A DNA stretch of 52,558 nt from NCBI GenBank assembly GCA_009602735.1, contig WELA01002708.1, forward strand, positions 248,001 through 300,558, given 5' to 3'. The notes beneath the pieces are model-generated. The model worked only from the letters and a program-made list of their open reading frames with translations, was not told the origin of the DNA and did no database searches. Position 1 is the stretch's first letter, and the number at the start of each line of letters is the position of its first letter. The DNA comes from Mesotaenium endlicherianum. Its lineage: Eukaryota. The translations under genes were made by a program, and so were the position numbers. Shown in pieces: positions 37,773-47,427 of this stretch.

Positions 37773-38408
37773 TCAATGGACTCCTTTCCAATTCGCCGGA
37801 TCATTTCTCCATTCCAGCAATACAGGCTCCAGTGATGAAGCTACCTGTCCTTTTTCAATGGCCAGTTCAATCAGATTGCTGTAATTGGTGAGCGACCGGA
37901 ATGGCACACCCGCCGTTTCAAAAGCTGTGTCCGCTATCGAAAAACCATAATTGAAAATAGAAACCATGCCCACCACTTCCACACCGGCGCCGCGCAATAC
38001 ATCAACCACCTGCAAGCTGCTCTTACCGGTAGAAATGAGGTCTTCTATGACCAGCACTTTTTGTCCGGCTGTATAAGCCCCTTCTATCTGGTTGCCTAAT
38101 CCATGTTCCTTGGGTTTGGGACGCACATATATATAAGGCAATTTCAGTTGATCAGCAGCCATGGCTCCCCAGGGGATGCCGGCAGTAGCTACACCGGCCA
38201 ATACTTCCGCTTCCGGGAATTTCTCAAAAATCACATTGCACAGCTCACTTTTAATAAAATCACGCACAAAGGGAAATGATAATACTTTACGGTTGTCGCA
38301 GTAAATAGGGCTCTTCCAGCCACTGGCCCAGGTAAATGGGGCATCGGGACTTAACTTCACTGCTCCAACCTGCAAGAGTTTCTCGGCTACGGCTTTTTCA
38401 TTGGTCAT
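37773..38408 (-). CDS. pyrE: Orotate phosphoribosyltransferase
   Basis: FTWASGWKSPIYCDNR, VLVIEDLISTGKS PRPP-binding loop. Confidence 0.97.
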   Translation of the reverse strand: MTNEKAVAEKLLQVGAVKLSPDAPFTWASGWKSPIYCDNRKVLSFPFVRDFIKSELCNVIFEKFPEAEVLAGVATAGIPWGAMAADQLKLPYIYVRPKPKEHGLGNQIEGAYTAGQKVLVIEDLISTGKSSLQVVDVLRGAGVEVVGMVSIFNYGFSIADTAFETAGVPFRSLTNYSNLIELAIEKGQVASSLEPVLLEWRNDPANWKGVH

Positions 38409-38441
38409 GCTGCGAAAATACGTAAAACAAGTTGGTAGTTG

Positions 38442-39437
38442 TTACCTCAGTATCCCTTCGATCAGCGCGAGCTCTTCTGAACTGAACTGGTAATTTTTGA
38501 TGCATTGCAATGAATCCGTTACTTGCTCCGGTTTACTGGCGCCTATCAATACCGAAGTAATGCGGGGATCCTTCAGCACCCATGCCAGCGCCATTTGCGC
38601 GAGCGACTGTCCACGCTGCTCTGCCAATACATTCAATCGTTTCACTTTATCCAGCTTCTCCGGTGTTACCTGGTCTTCTTCCATGGCACCATTCCCCCTG
38701 TGCGATGCAGCCCGTGAATCTGTTGGCACACCTTTCAGGTATTTATTGGTAAGCATGCCTTGTGCAAGCGGGGAGAAAGGTATACAACCCACTCCTTCAC
38801 GTTCCAATACATCGAGCAAACCATTTTCTACCCAACGCTCAAACATCGAGTATTTGGGTTGATGAATAAGACAAGGCGTACCCAGCTCCCGAAGGATGGC
38901 AATGGCTTTGGCTGCTTCTGCCGGCTGATAGCTGGAGATACCTACATACAAAGCTTTACCCTGGCGAACAATGAGATCGAGTGTAGACATGGTCTCTTCC
39001 AAGGGTGTATGCGGATCGGGACGATGGTGGTAATAAATATCTACATAATCAAGTCCCATTCTTTTCAGGCTCTGGTCAAGACTGGCCACCAGGTATTTCC
39101 GGGAGCCCCAGTCGCCATAAGGCCCTTCCCACATCTTCCATCCTGCTTTGGTGGAGATGATGAGCTCGTCGCGGTAAGGCAGGAAATCCGCTTTGAAAAG
39201 CTGTCCGAAATTTTTCTCTGCCGATCCGGGAGGCGGGCCATAATTATTGGCCAGATCGAAATGCGTAATGCCGTGGTCGAACGCTGTGCGCAAGATATCA
39301 CGCGCTTTATCCATTGAATCGATATCACCGAAATTATGCCACAGGCCCAGCGAAACGGCCGGCAGCATGAGACCGCTGTTGCCGCATCGGCGGTATTCCA
39401 TCTGTTCATAACGATTGGAGCTTGCTGTATAAGACAT
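38442..39437 (-). CDS. mgrA: Aldo/keto reductase, L-glyceraldehyde 3-phosphate reductase (YghZ/MgrA) type
   Basis: SLGLWHNFG, FDLANNYGPPPGSAE, ISTKAG, YHHRPD, FSPLAQGMLT. Confidence 0.88.
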   Translation of the reverse strand: MSYTASSNRYEQMEYRRCGNSGLMLPAVSLGLWHNFGDIDSMDKARDILRTAFDHGITHFDLANNYGPPPGSAEKNFGQLFKADFLPYRDELIISTKAGWKMWEGPYGDWGSRKYLVASLDQSLKRMGLDYVDIYYHHRPDPHTPLEETMSTLDLIVRQGKALYVGISSYQPAEAAKAIAILRELGTPCLIHQPKYSMFERWVENGLLDVLEREGVGCIPFSPLAQGMLTNKYLKGVPTDSRAASHRGNGAMEEDQVTPEKLDKVKRLNVLAEQRGQSLAQMALAWVLKDPRITSVLIGASKPEQVTDSLQCIKNYQFSSEELALIEGILR

Positions 39438-39527
39438 GGTTATTGAGAATTGATGAATGATAAATAAGGCTAAAAATACGTGACAGGATAAAACTAATCG
39501 TAACTTTTCAAAAATCTTTTCCCTGTA

Positions 39528-41378
39528 TTGAATCGCAAAACCGCAAGCCTGGTTTTAGCCATTGCTTTGGTCAACGGCATTTCGGCCCAGCAACCCGCAG
39601 GCAGCGATTCCTCCATTGCTCATGCCAAAAAAATATTGTTGCAAACCCGGATGCGGAAAGATACCCTTGGTTCGCTTATCCCATTGCGAGACCTGGGAAT
39701 AGCTTTTTATCTTGCCAAGCAGTACGACTCTGCCACCCTGTACTTTAAAGAGGGATTGAACCTGGCCATTTCCCGGCGCCAATACTATTTGGAATTGCAT
39801 GATTTCAGGCCAATCCTGAACAACAATTTTTTCCTGCTGGGTAATTATACCGCCGCCATGGAGATTTCGGTAGATGGACTGGCCAGGGCCGAAGCCCTCA
39901 ACAACCCTGAACGGATAGCGCATTTCAAAGGAGTGATCGGTTATATTCTAATGAAGCAGGGTAAGCTGGTAGCCGCCAAACAATATTTTATCGATTTCCT
40001 GAAGCTCGCCACCGGGCTGCACAATAAATTGCTGGAAGCAAAAGGACTCTTTTACCTGGCCGACCTGTCGATCCTGGAAAAAAACTATGCCAATGCCATC
40101 TCTTATATCCATAAAGCCATGGCTGTTTTCGATGATCCTAAAACAGTGCTTAGCATCAATAAAAATGAGCAACTGGCTTATGCGAACAACAAACTGGCCG
40201 AAGTTTATGCGCAGATGAACGACCTGCCGCATTCCCTGCAATACAGCCTTACTGCCATCCGCATCAGTGAACAAAACATTCAATGGATCAACCGTTATGA
40301 CATGGCACGTTATTATGTGAACGGAGGTACTACCTATAACCGGCTGAAGCAGTACCAGCAAGCGCTCTCATTGCTGAGGAAGGGATTGTCCATTTCCAAA
40401 GAACCCATGTACATGGAATGTATACAGGATGCCGATGAGCAATTGTCCATTGCTTTTGCCTCATTGCGCAATTACGACAGCGCTTATGCCTACCATCTTC
40501 GTTTTACACAGGTGAGGGACAACATCATGGCCGAAAACAACCAGCGCGTACTGCTGGAAAAAGAGACCCGTTACAAGATGGAAACCCAGCAGCGGTTGCA
40601 AGACGCCGCACTGAACCGGCAAAAGCTATGGAAAGACCTCAGTATTTGCATCGCTTGCGCCAGTATCCTGATCGCGTGGTTGCTCTACAAATGGTATAGC
40701 CTGCGGCAAAGGAATCATTTCCAGGCTGCATTGAACATGCAACAGCAGGAAAGCCTGCGCGCTACCATTTCAGCGGCCGACAGGGAAAGAAAAAGAATTG
40801 CCGATGACCTGCATGATACACTGGGTTCGCTCTTATCGGCTACCAAACTCAAGCTGTCGGCCATAGAAGAAACAGGCACCATGCCCGGGCAGGAAAAAGA
40901 AGGCCTGAAAGAAGTACTTGCATTGCTGGATGAAGCCATGCAGGAAATGAAAAACATTGCTTATAATATCATGCCGGCTACCTTATCGCGACTGGGCGTG
41001 ATCGCTGCATTGCAGAGCCTGTTTAACAGGATCAGTCATCAATCGGTTATACACATCAATTACACTACATACGGATTCACAGAACGGCTGCATGAGACAG
41101 TAGAGCTGGGTATTTATCAGGTGGTGTTGGAAGCCATGAACAATATTGTAAAGCATGCACATGCCAGGAACGCAACAGTGCAATTGGTTCGTTATGAGCG
41201 CCATATCAATATTACCATTGAAGACGATGGCCGTGGCTTTGATGCGCTGCGTGAAAATACGGTGGGAAACGGACTCAACAATATGCAGTCGCGCACCAAA
41301 AATATGCGCGGAACCATTGACATCGACAGCCAGCCTGGCATGGGAACCACCATCATCATTGAAATTCCATACACCTGA
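39528..41378 (+). CDS. TPR-repeat sensor histidine kinase (HisKA_3 type)
   Basis: Signal peptide, TPR-like helices, a TM helix, ERKRIADDLHD H-box, EAMNNIVKHA, EDDGRGF, GNGLNNM, GTTI. Confidence 0.92.
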   Translation: MNRKTASLVLAIALVNGISAQQPAGSDSSIAHAKKILLQTRMRKDTLGSLIPLRDLGIAFYLAKQYDSATLYFKEGLNLAISRRQYYLELHDFRPILNNNFFLLGNYTAAMEISVDGLARAEALNNPERIAHFKGVIGYILMKQGKLVAAKQYFIDFLKLATGLHNKLLEAKGLFYLADLSILEKNYANAISYIHKAMAVFDDPKTVLSINKNEQLAYANNKLAEVYAQMNDLPHSLQYSLTAIRISEQNIQWINRYDMARYYVNGGTTYNRLKQYQQALSLLRKGLSISKEPMYMECIQDADEQLSIAFASLRNYDSAYAYHLRFTQVRDNIMAENNQRVLLEKETRYKMETQQRLQDAALNRQKLWKDLSICIACASILIAWLLYKWYSLRQRNHFQAALNMQQQESLRATISAADRERKRIADDLHDTLGSLLSATKLKLSAIEETGTMPGQEKEGLKEVLALLDEAMQEMKNIAYNIMPATLSRLGVIAALQSLFNRISHQSVIHINYTTYGFTERLHETVELGIYQVVLEAMNNIVKHAHARNATVQLVRYERHINITIEDDGRGFDALRENTVGNGLNNMQSRTKNMRGTIDIDSQPGMGTTIIIEIPYT

Positions 41379-41441
41379 TACCGGGTTGCTACCGGAATAT
41401 TGGTATTGTGAAACAGCGGCGCAGCCTTTAGATTTACGTAT

Positions 41442-42104
41442 ATGAAAGCAGTGGCATCGAAAAGGATACAACTATTGATTGCCGACGATCACCGGGTACT
41501 ACTCGACGGTTTGGTTTCATTACTTAGAACAGAACCCAATTTCGAGATCGCTGCAACAGCGGAAAACGGCGAGCAGGTAATTGATTGGCTCAACAAAACG
41601 GAAGTGGACGTATGCCTGATCGATATCAGCATGCCCAGGCCGGATGGCATGGAGTTGACACGATGGATACAACAACACAAGCCACAAATAAAGATCCTCA
41701 TTCTCACCACGCACGACGAAGAAGAGATCATTGCCGAAATGGTACAGGCAGGCATAGCCGGATATCTGTTAAAAAGCTGCACCCGGCACGAGTTGGTAGA
41801 AGGTATCAACCGTGTTATGAGCGGACAGTTTTTCTTTAGCGAAGCAGTCAGCAACCGCATCATCGATAGCTATAAAGAACAAAAAAAGGAAACCGCAGAA
41901 GAGCCCGTAACATTTACAGAGCGCGAAAAAGAGATCGTACAACTTTTGGCGAAAGAATATACCAATGAAAAAATAGCCCAAACCCTACACATCAGTTACA
42001 GAACGGTGGAAACCCATCGCAAGAACATGATGCTGAAAACCAAAGCACGCAACCTGGCGGGCTTATTGCGTTTCGCTTCCAATCAGGGCCTGATCAGGCT
42101 ATGA
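41442..42104 (+). CDS. NarL/FixJ-family response regulator
   Basis: IADDH, IDISMP, GYLLK; FTEREKEI...ISYRTVETHRKNMM HTH. Confidence 0.95.
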   Translation: MKAVASKRIQLLIADDHRVLLDGLVSLLRTEPNFEIAATAENGEQVIDWLNKTEVDVCLIDISMPRPDGMELTRWIQQHKPQIKILILTTHDEEEIIAEMVQAGIAGYLLKSCTRHELVEGINRVMSGQFFFSEAVSNRIIDSYKEQKKETAEEPVTFTEREKEIVQLLAKEYTNEKIAQTLHISYRTVETHRKNMMLKTKARNLAGLLRFASNQGLIRL

Positions 42105-42209
42105 ATCATCCGAACCGTTTGTTTAAAAGTGAAAAGCCAGTGCATGCACCTGTTATCTGTGTTGGGTACAACATAAACAGGAAATGCAACTGGCTTACGT
42201 ATCCTCCCC

Positions 42210-42974
42210 TCAGAAGATCCGTTTCAATGAAATGTTGTGGGAACAGGTACTCGTTGTTCCATTACCCGTTACAGTGCCTGTGATAGAACTTGCATCACTA
42301 CTGATGGTAAGAGAACCAGACTCACCTCCCATGCTCATCTGGACCTGATTGCCACTAACAGTTCCTGTACCTCCTCCATGCTCGCCAGTAGTGGCAAGGT
42401 ATGTTCCCATAGCTGAACTGCCGGCTGTCCATACATTCACAACAGCATTCACACATTTTCCTCCATTGCTGCTTACCGGTGAGGCTGAACCCTGGTATAC
42501 CCTCACTGGATTCGAAGATGTTTCTTTTGCAATGGCTGCATATACCGGCCCCTGGTGGCTGGGGAAATACACAGAATCTATCGAAGGATTGCTGCCGGTA
42601 GCAGTCACAGAGAACCATATTTTCGCCCCGCTGGTGCCGGTAAACAATGCTTTGGAAAGCGCCTGACCACTTTGCCAGTTACCCAATGAAGCGGCGGGTA
42701 AACTATCAGAAGCACTGGCCGGATCAGTCCATTGATAAACCACATAAGGTTTAGCAGCCTGCAGGTTAACCACAAAATAACCGCTTGAGCCCGTCAGCGT
42801 ACCTTTATAAATACCACCACTCTGGTTATCATAGGCCGCCTGGGCAGTGGTTCCGGAAGTATTATTTCCCGATCCTGGCGAATTGCTGCCGGATGATTTG
42901 CTGCAGCTATTGCCAGTCAACAATAAAGCCGAAACAGCGGCAATGAGAGCACAAAAACTGATAAGCTGTTTCAT
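42210..42974 (-). CDS. Ser/Gly-rich putative lipoprotein
   Basis: MKQLISFCALIAAVSALLLTGNS-C-SKSSGS lipoprotein-like signal followed by a beta-rich body; ATG at 42974. Confidence 0.7.
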   Translation of the reverse strand: MKQLISFCALIAAVSALLLTGNSCSKSSGSNSPGSGNNTSGTTAQAAYDNQSGGIYKGTLTGSSGYFVVNLQAAKPYVVYQWTDPASASDSLPAASLGNWQSGQALSKALFTGTSGAKIWFSVTATGSNPSIDSVYFPSHQGPVYAAIAKETSSNPVRVYQGSASPVSSNGGKCVNAVVNVWTAGSSAMGTYLATTGEHGGGTGTVSGNQVQMSMGGESGSLTISSDASSITGTVTGNGTTSTCSHNISLKRIF

Positions 42975-43138
42975 AGGTATTTGTTTGTATCGATGAATGA
43001 ATCTTGATAGTAAAAATAACCGGCAAAAGGCTGAGCAGGAATACCATGACCACGGTATTTTCATCTACCAATAAGTTGGTATGAACCAGTTGTTAAAACA
43101 AGTTGGCCGTTTAAGCCGGCCCTATTTATTTTTGGGGA

Positions 43139-43552
43139 ATGGAACCGATAAAAATCATAGCGGGCGGCGGGTTGGTCTTTAATGAGGCAGGTGCCTTACT
43201 CATGATCTTCAGGCGTGGCAAATGGGATCTTCCCAAAGGCAAGCTCGACGAAGGAGAAACGATTGAAGACTGCGCGCTGAGAGAAGTGAAAGAAGAAACC
43301 GGCCTCGCAGAAGTAATACGTGAAGAGCTCATATCCATTGGTTATCATCATTATTTCGATCTCCATTTAAACAACAACGTCATCAAAGAAACCCATTGGT
43401 TCCGTATGCATGCTGCCGGCAACCAGCCATTGACACCGCAAACGGAAGAAGACATTACAGATATCCGTTGGGTGCAAGGCGCCGAATTGGAAGCCTGCTT
43501 GAACGATAGTTATCCTAATATCGTAGAGGTAATAAAAAAGGTATTCTATTAG
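43139..43552 (+). CDS. NUDIX hydrolase
   Basis: WDLPKGKLDEGETIEDCALREVKEETG Nudix box. Confidence 0.93.
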   Translation: MEPIKIIAGGGLVFNEAGALLMIFRRGKWDLPKGKLDEGETIEDCALREVKEETGLAEVIREELISIGYHHYFDLHLNNNVIKETHWFRMHAAGNQPLTPQTEEDITDIRWVQGAELEACLNDSYPNIVEVIKKVFY

Positions 43553-43571
43553 TCCTCATCAACCCTAATAC

Positions 43572-43611
43572 TTTCATTATCTCTTTGTCGAATTGTCTCA
43601 TTGCCCCATTG
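43572..43611. repeat. Degenerate half-copy of the octamer intergenic repeat
   Basis: tttcattatctctttgtcgaattgtctcattgccccattg, with 8-bp periodicity and the same ttgtcgaattg core as copies 1 and 2. Confidence 0.45.
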
Positions 43612-43615
43612 AAAC

Positions 43616-43623
43616 TATCTTTG
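43616..43623 (+). promoter_or_regulatory. Bacteroidota -7 promoter element for purK
   Basis: TATCTTTG, 17 nt before the ATG. Confidence 0.6.
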
Positions 43624-43640
43624 CCCCCTAATCAAACTGT

Positions 43641-44759
43641 ATGAAAGTAGGTATTCTCGGCGGTGGCCAGTTGGGCAGGATGTTATTACAGGCTTCGGCC
43701 AATTATGTGGTGGAGACATCGGTACTGGATAAAGAAAGCGATTGCCCGGCAGCGCATTTATGCCATCATTTTGTACAGGGCGATATTACTGATTTTGACA
43801 CCGTATATCGTTTTGGAAAAGGCCTGGATGCCATCACCATAGAAATCGAATCCGTTAATGTGGATGCGCTTGAGAAATTAGAAGCCGAAGGCGTACCTGT
43901 ATATCCCAGGCCTTCGGCAATCCGTACCATCAAAAACAAGATCACACAAAAAGCTTTCTACCGTCAGCACGATATACCTACTTCGGAATTCATTATCACG
44001 GAAGCCAGGAAGGAATTGCAGGAACACCTTTCTTTCCTGCCGGCTGTTCACAAAACCGGAGAAGGCGGCTATGACGGCAAAGGAGTGCAAGTGCTGAAAG
44101 AGCTCAAAGACATTGACCTGGGCTTCGATGTACCCGCCGTGTTAGAAAAAATGGTTCCCATTCACAAAGAGATCGCTGTAATTGTAGCCATGAGCAACCA
44201 GGGCGAAGTAACCCTCTACCCTCCTGCTGAAATGATCTTCGATCCCGTGCTGAACCTGCTGGATTACCAGTTGAGTCCGGCTATTCTTCCCGAACAGGTA
44301 CTGTGGAAAGCAGAAGCTATTGCACTGAAAGTGGTAAAACACCTGAACAGTCCCGGATTGTTTGCCATTGAATTGTTTGTTGATAAAAACCAGGAAGTGC
44401 TCGTGAATGAAACGGCGCCCCGTGTCCACAACAGCGGCCATCATACTATCGAAGCCAATTATAGCAGCCAATACGATATGTTGTGGCGAATCATACTCAA
44501 TTACCCGCTGGGCAATACCGATCCCATTCTGCCTTCAGCCATTGTGAACCTGCTGGGCGCTGAAGGTTACACCGGAAAAGCCAAATATGAAAACCTCGAA
44601 GATGTATTGAAGACCGACAATGTGTTTGTTCATCTCTATGGTAAAACAGAAACCAAACCCGGTCGCAAAATGGGACATGTAACCATCATCAGTAAAGACT
44701 ACCAGGACCTGGCTTACCAGGCCAATAAGATCAAGCACCTTTTGAAGGTGATAGCCTGA
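43641..44759 (+). CDS. purK: N5-carboxyaminoimidazole ribonucleotide synthase
   Basis: GILGGGQLGRM, GGYDGKG, NETAPRVHNSGH, HLYGK...GRKMGHVT. Confidence 0.97.
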   Translation: MKVGILGGGQLGRMLLQASANYVVETSVLDKESDCPAAHLCHHFVQGDITDFDTVYRFGKGLDAITIEIESVNVDALEKLEAEGVPVYPRPSAIRTIKNKITQKAFYRQHDIPTSEFIITEARKELQEHLSFLPAVHKTGEGGYDGKGVQVLKELKDIDLGFDVPAVLEKMVPIHKEIAVIVAMSNQGEVTLYPPAEMIFDPVLNLLDYQLSPAILPEQVLWKAEAIALKVVKHLNSPGLFAIELFVDKNQEVLVNETAPRVHNSGHHTIEANYSSQYDMLWRIILNYPLGNTDPILPSAIVNLLGAEGYTGKAKYENLEDVLKTDNVFVHLYGKTETKPGRKMGHVTIISKDYQDLAYQANKIKHLLKVIA

Positions 44760-45789
44760 CCGCCCTTTTCACTACCTGCTGCACACTGTCGATCACCGGT
44801 ATAATCGGAGGAAGCGGTGGCGGCGGCAACAGTTTGGGTTGACGAACGGCTTTCCTCACTGCCAGCGGATGCTGGAAGCCGATACCAATCAGGCTTTTCA
44901 ACTGCAACCCGGGTGAATTTTTATTGGCTCCGAATAACCGCACATTATCGTCGTAGATCATGTCTAAGTTATAAGTGGCGGTGAACGCTTTATTGATGCG
45001 GAAAGAAAACATATTCGTCATGAAAAAATCCACATTCTGCGGCTGATCGGCATAATTCGAAAACAGGTCGAGCCTCCCTTTATAACCCACGTTTTTACCA
45101 ATCGATGTCATGTAATTGATGGTGGCAAATGCACCGATCTGGTTGATGCTGTGCGATCCGGGCGGTACGCCATAGAGTCCTTTTCTGGCCAGTGAATCGT
45201 GTGCAATGATGGTCATACGCGATGTAAGCGGAGAAAGGAAAAGCGAGAATTTATCACTGGGTTTGTAATCCATACCCAACGACAATATGATATAAGCCGG
45301 CGACAGAAAAGAAGATGCCAGCGTTGGCACGTTATTGCTGTAACTGAACCCGTCGAAAAACTGTGACCGGAAATTGAACAAGGTAGACACATATACTTTT
45401 CCCACGCTGTCTATCTTATAACCATACTTACTCAGGAAATCGATGCGGTCGTCGTTCTTGCGGCCACTCAGACTGGTGGTCTGCACATAACCCAAGTTTA
45501 CATCCAGGTTATTATCCCAGGTGTACCGCTTCTTTTTATGATAGAAAAAATAGTTGAAATAACCACTTGCCGCGAGAGAGAAATTGTCGCCACCGGCCGA
45601 CCAGTTGCTCAATGATCCTTGAGAAATGTTAAAACTTAACAGCCCACCTCTTTTCCAGTCCCATTTGGTGGTATCTGCCTCTTTTCTGATCGTCCTGGCG
45701 GTTTCGGCCTTTATCTTGTTCAATACATCCTGTGCCTGTCCAAATTGAATACCAATGGCCATTATAGCCAACAGAATACATTTATTCAT
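44731..45789 (-). CDS. DUF3078-like putative outer-membrane beta-barrel protein
   Basis: Signal peptide, SNWSAGG, WDNNLD, RKNDDRID, FRSQF, FLSPAY. Confidence 0.75.
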   Translation of the reverse strand: MNKCILLAIMAIGIQFGQAQDVLNKIKAETARTIRKEADTTKWDWKRGGLLSFNISQGSLSNWSAGGDNFSLAASGYFNYFFYHKKKRYTWDNNLDVNLGYVQTTSLSGRKNDDRIDFLSKYGYKIDSVGKVYVSTLFNFRSQFFDGFSYSNNVPTLASSFLSPAYIILSLGMDYKPSDKFSLFLSPLTSRMTIIAHDSLARKGLYGVPPGSHSINQIGAFATINYMTSIGKNVGYKGRLDLFSNYADQPQNVDFFMTNMFSFRINKAFTATYNLDMIYDDNVRLFGANKNSPGLQLKSLIGIGFQHPLAVRKAVRQPKLLPPPPLPPIIPVIDSVQQVVKRAVRLSPSKGA

Positions 45790-45883
45790 CGATTGTATAC
45801 GCTGATTTATGCGTAAAAATAAGGAATGACACCATTCATCAAATCGGGTGCTGACAAACTGGCATAAACAAGCGAATTTTACG

Positions 45884-45891
45884 TAGTTTTG
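45884..45891 (+). promoter_or_regulatory. Bacteroidota -7 promoter element for the miaB operon
   Basis: TAGTTTTG, 20 nt before the ATG. Confidence 0.55.
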
Positions 45892-45911
45892 CCCTCTAAA
45901 TTTTCAAACGC

Positions 45912-47348
45912 ATGGAAATGCTGGCTATAGCTGGAAAAGAACATGATGAAAGTCGACAGGGTGAAACCTTGAAGCCTTTTGAAAACGACCCCAATCAATA
46001 CCGGAAACGTTTCTATATAGAAAGTTATGGCTGTGCCATGAATTTTGCCGACAGTGAAGTGGTAGCTTCCATATTGAACCAGGAAGGCTTCGGCGCAACC
46101 CGGCTGGCAGAAGAGGCCGACCTGATACTGGTGAATACCTGTTCTATCAGGGAAAAAGCGGAACAAACCGTTCGCAAACGCCTGCATGAATTCAGGAAAC
46201 TCAAGGAAAAGCGCAAGGGCATGCTCATTGGCGTGCTGGGTTGTATGGCCGAGCGTTTGAAATCGCAATTACTGGAAGAAGAAAAACTGGTAGACATCGT
46301 AGTGGGTCCTGATGCTTATCGAAGTCTCCCCTTTCTGATCTCCGAAGCGGAAACCGGACAGAAAGCAGTGAATGTGTTGCTGAGCCGTGAAGAGACTTAT
46401 GCCGATATCTCCCCTATCCGTATCGACAGCAATGGCATCAACGCTTTTGTATCGATCATGCGGGGATGTAACAATATGTGCAGCTTCTGTGTAGTACCAT
46501 TTACACGTGGCAGGGAGCGCAGCCGCGATGCCGTTTCTATTGTGGCCGAGTCGCAGGATCTGTTCAACAAAGGCTATAAAGAGATCACGCTGCTCGGACA
46601 GAACGTAGACAGCTATTACTGGATCGATGAAGCAAAAGATGAGACCATAACATTTGCCAGGCTGCTCGAAAAAGTGGCTTTGATTAGTCCCGATCTGCGT
46701 GTACGTTTCAGCACTTCACATCCGAAAGATATCACCGACGAAGTATTATACACCATTGCAAAATATGAGAACATCTGCAATTATATCCATCTGCCCGTAC
46801 AGAGCGGCAGCACGAGGATGTTGCAGTTGATGAACCGTACTTATACACGCGAATGGTATAAAGCCAAAGTGGATCGTATCCGCGAGATCATCCCCGATTG
46901 TGGTATCAGTTCCGATATCATTGCCGGTTTCTGTACCGAAACGGAAGAAGATCACCAGGACACCCTAAGCATTATGGAGTACGGCCGGTTCGATATGAGC
47001 TATATGTACTTCTACAGCGAGAGACCCGGTACATTGGCTGCCAGGCGTTATACAGACGATATTCCAGAAACAGTGAAGAAAAGAAGGCTACAGGAAATCG
47101 TAGACCTCCAGGGAATTTTATCACACCAAAGCAACCAGCTCGACCTCGGCAAAACATTTAAAGTATTGATCGAAGGCAATAGCAAGAAAAGCGATGCGCA
47201 ATGGTATGGAAGGAACAGTCAGAATAAAGTGATCGTATTCCCTAAAGGCAACCATCCTTACAAACCCGCTGATTACGTGATGGTGAAAGTGGTGGATTGC
47301 ACCAAGGCAACTTTGGTGGGAGAAATCGTTGATAATTTGGCAATTTGA
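45912..47348 (+). CDS. miaB: tRNA-2-methylthio-N6-dimethylallyladenosine synthase
   Basis: [22 protein letters not shown], radical-[11 protein letters not shown] motif, C-terminal TRAM domain. Confidence 0.97.
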   Translation: MEMLAIAGKEHDESRQGETLKPFENDPNQYRKRFYIESYGCAMNFADSEVVASILNQEGFGATRLAEEADLILVNTCSIREKAEQTVRKRLHEFRKLKEKRKGMLIGVLGCMAERLKSQLLEEEKLVDIVVGPDAYRSLPFLISEAETGQKAVNVLLSREETYADISPIRIDSNGINAFVSIMRGCNNMCSFCVVPFTRGRERSRDAVSIVAESQDLFNKGYKEITLLGQNVDSYYWIDEAKDETITFARLLEKVALISPDLRVRFSTSHPKDITDEVLYTIAKYENICNYIHLPVQSGSTRMLQLMNRTYTREWYKAKVDRIREIIPDCGISSDIIAGFCTETEEDHQDTLSIMEYGRFDMSYMYFYSERPGTLAARRYTDDIPETVKKRRLQEIVDLQGILSHQSNQLDLGKTFKVLIEGNSKKSDAQWYGRNSQNKVIVFPKGNHPYKPADYVMVKVVDCTKATLVGEIVDNLAI

Positions 47349-47413
47349 TAATTCGACAATTCGATAATTTTTGCACTACGTTTCATTGACGAATTGTCGA
47401 ATTGGCAAATTGT
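47341..47413. repeat. Octamer-based palindromic intergenic repeat (REP-like), copy 2
   Basis: 14-bp perfect inverted repeat aattcgacaattcg (47350-47363) / cgaattgtcgaatt (47390-47403), ending in aattggcaaattgt as in copy 1. Confidence 0.7.
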
Positions 47414-47427
47414 ATAATTAAAAAAAT

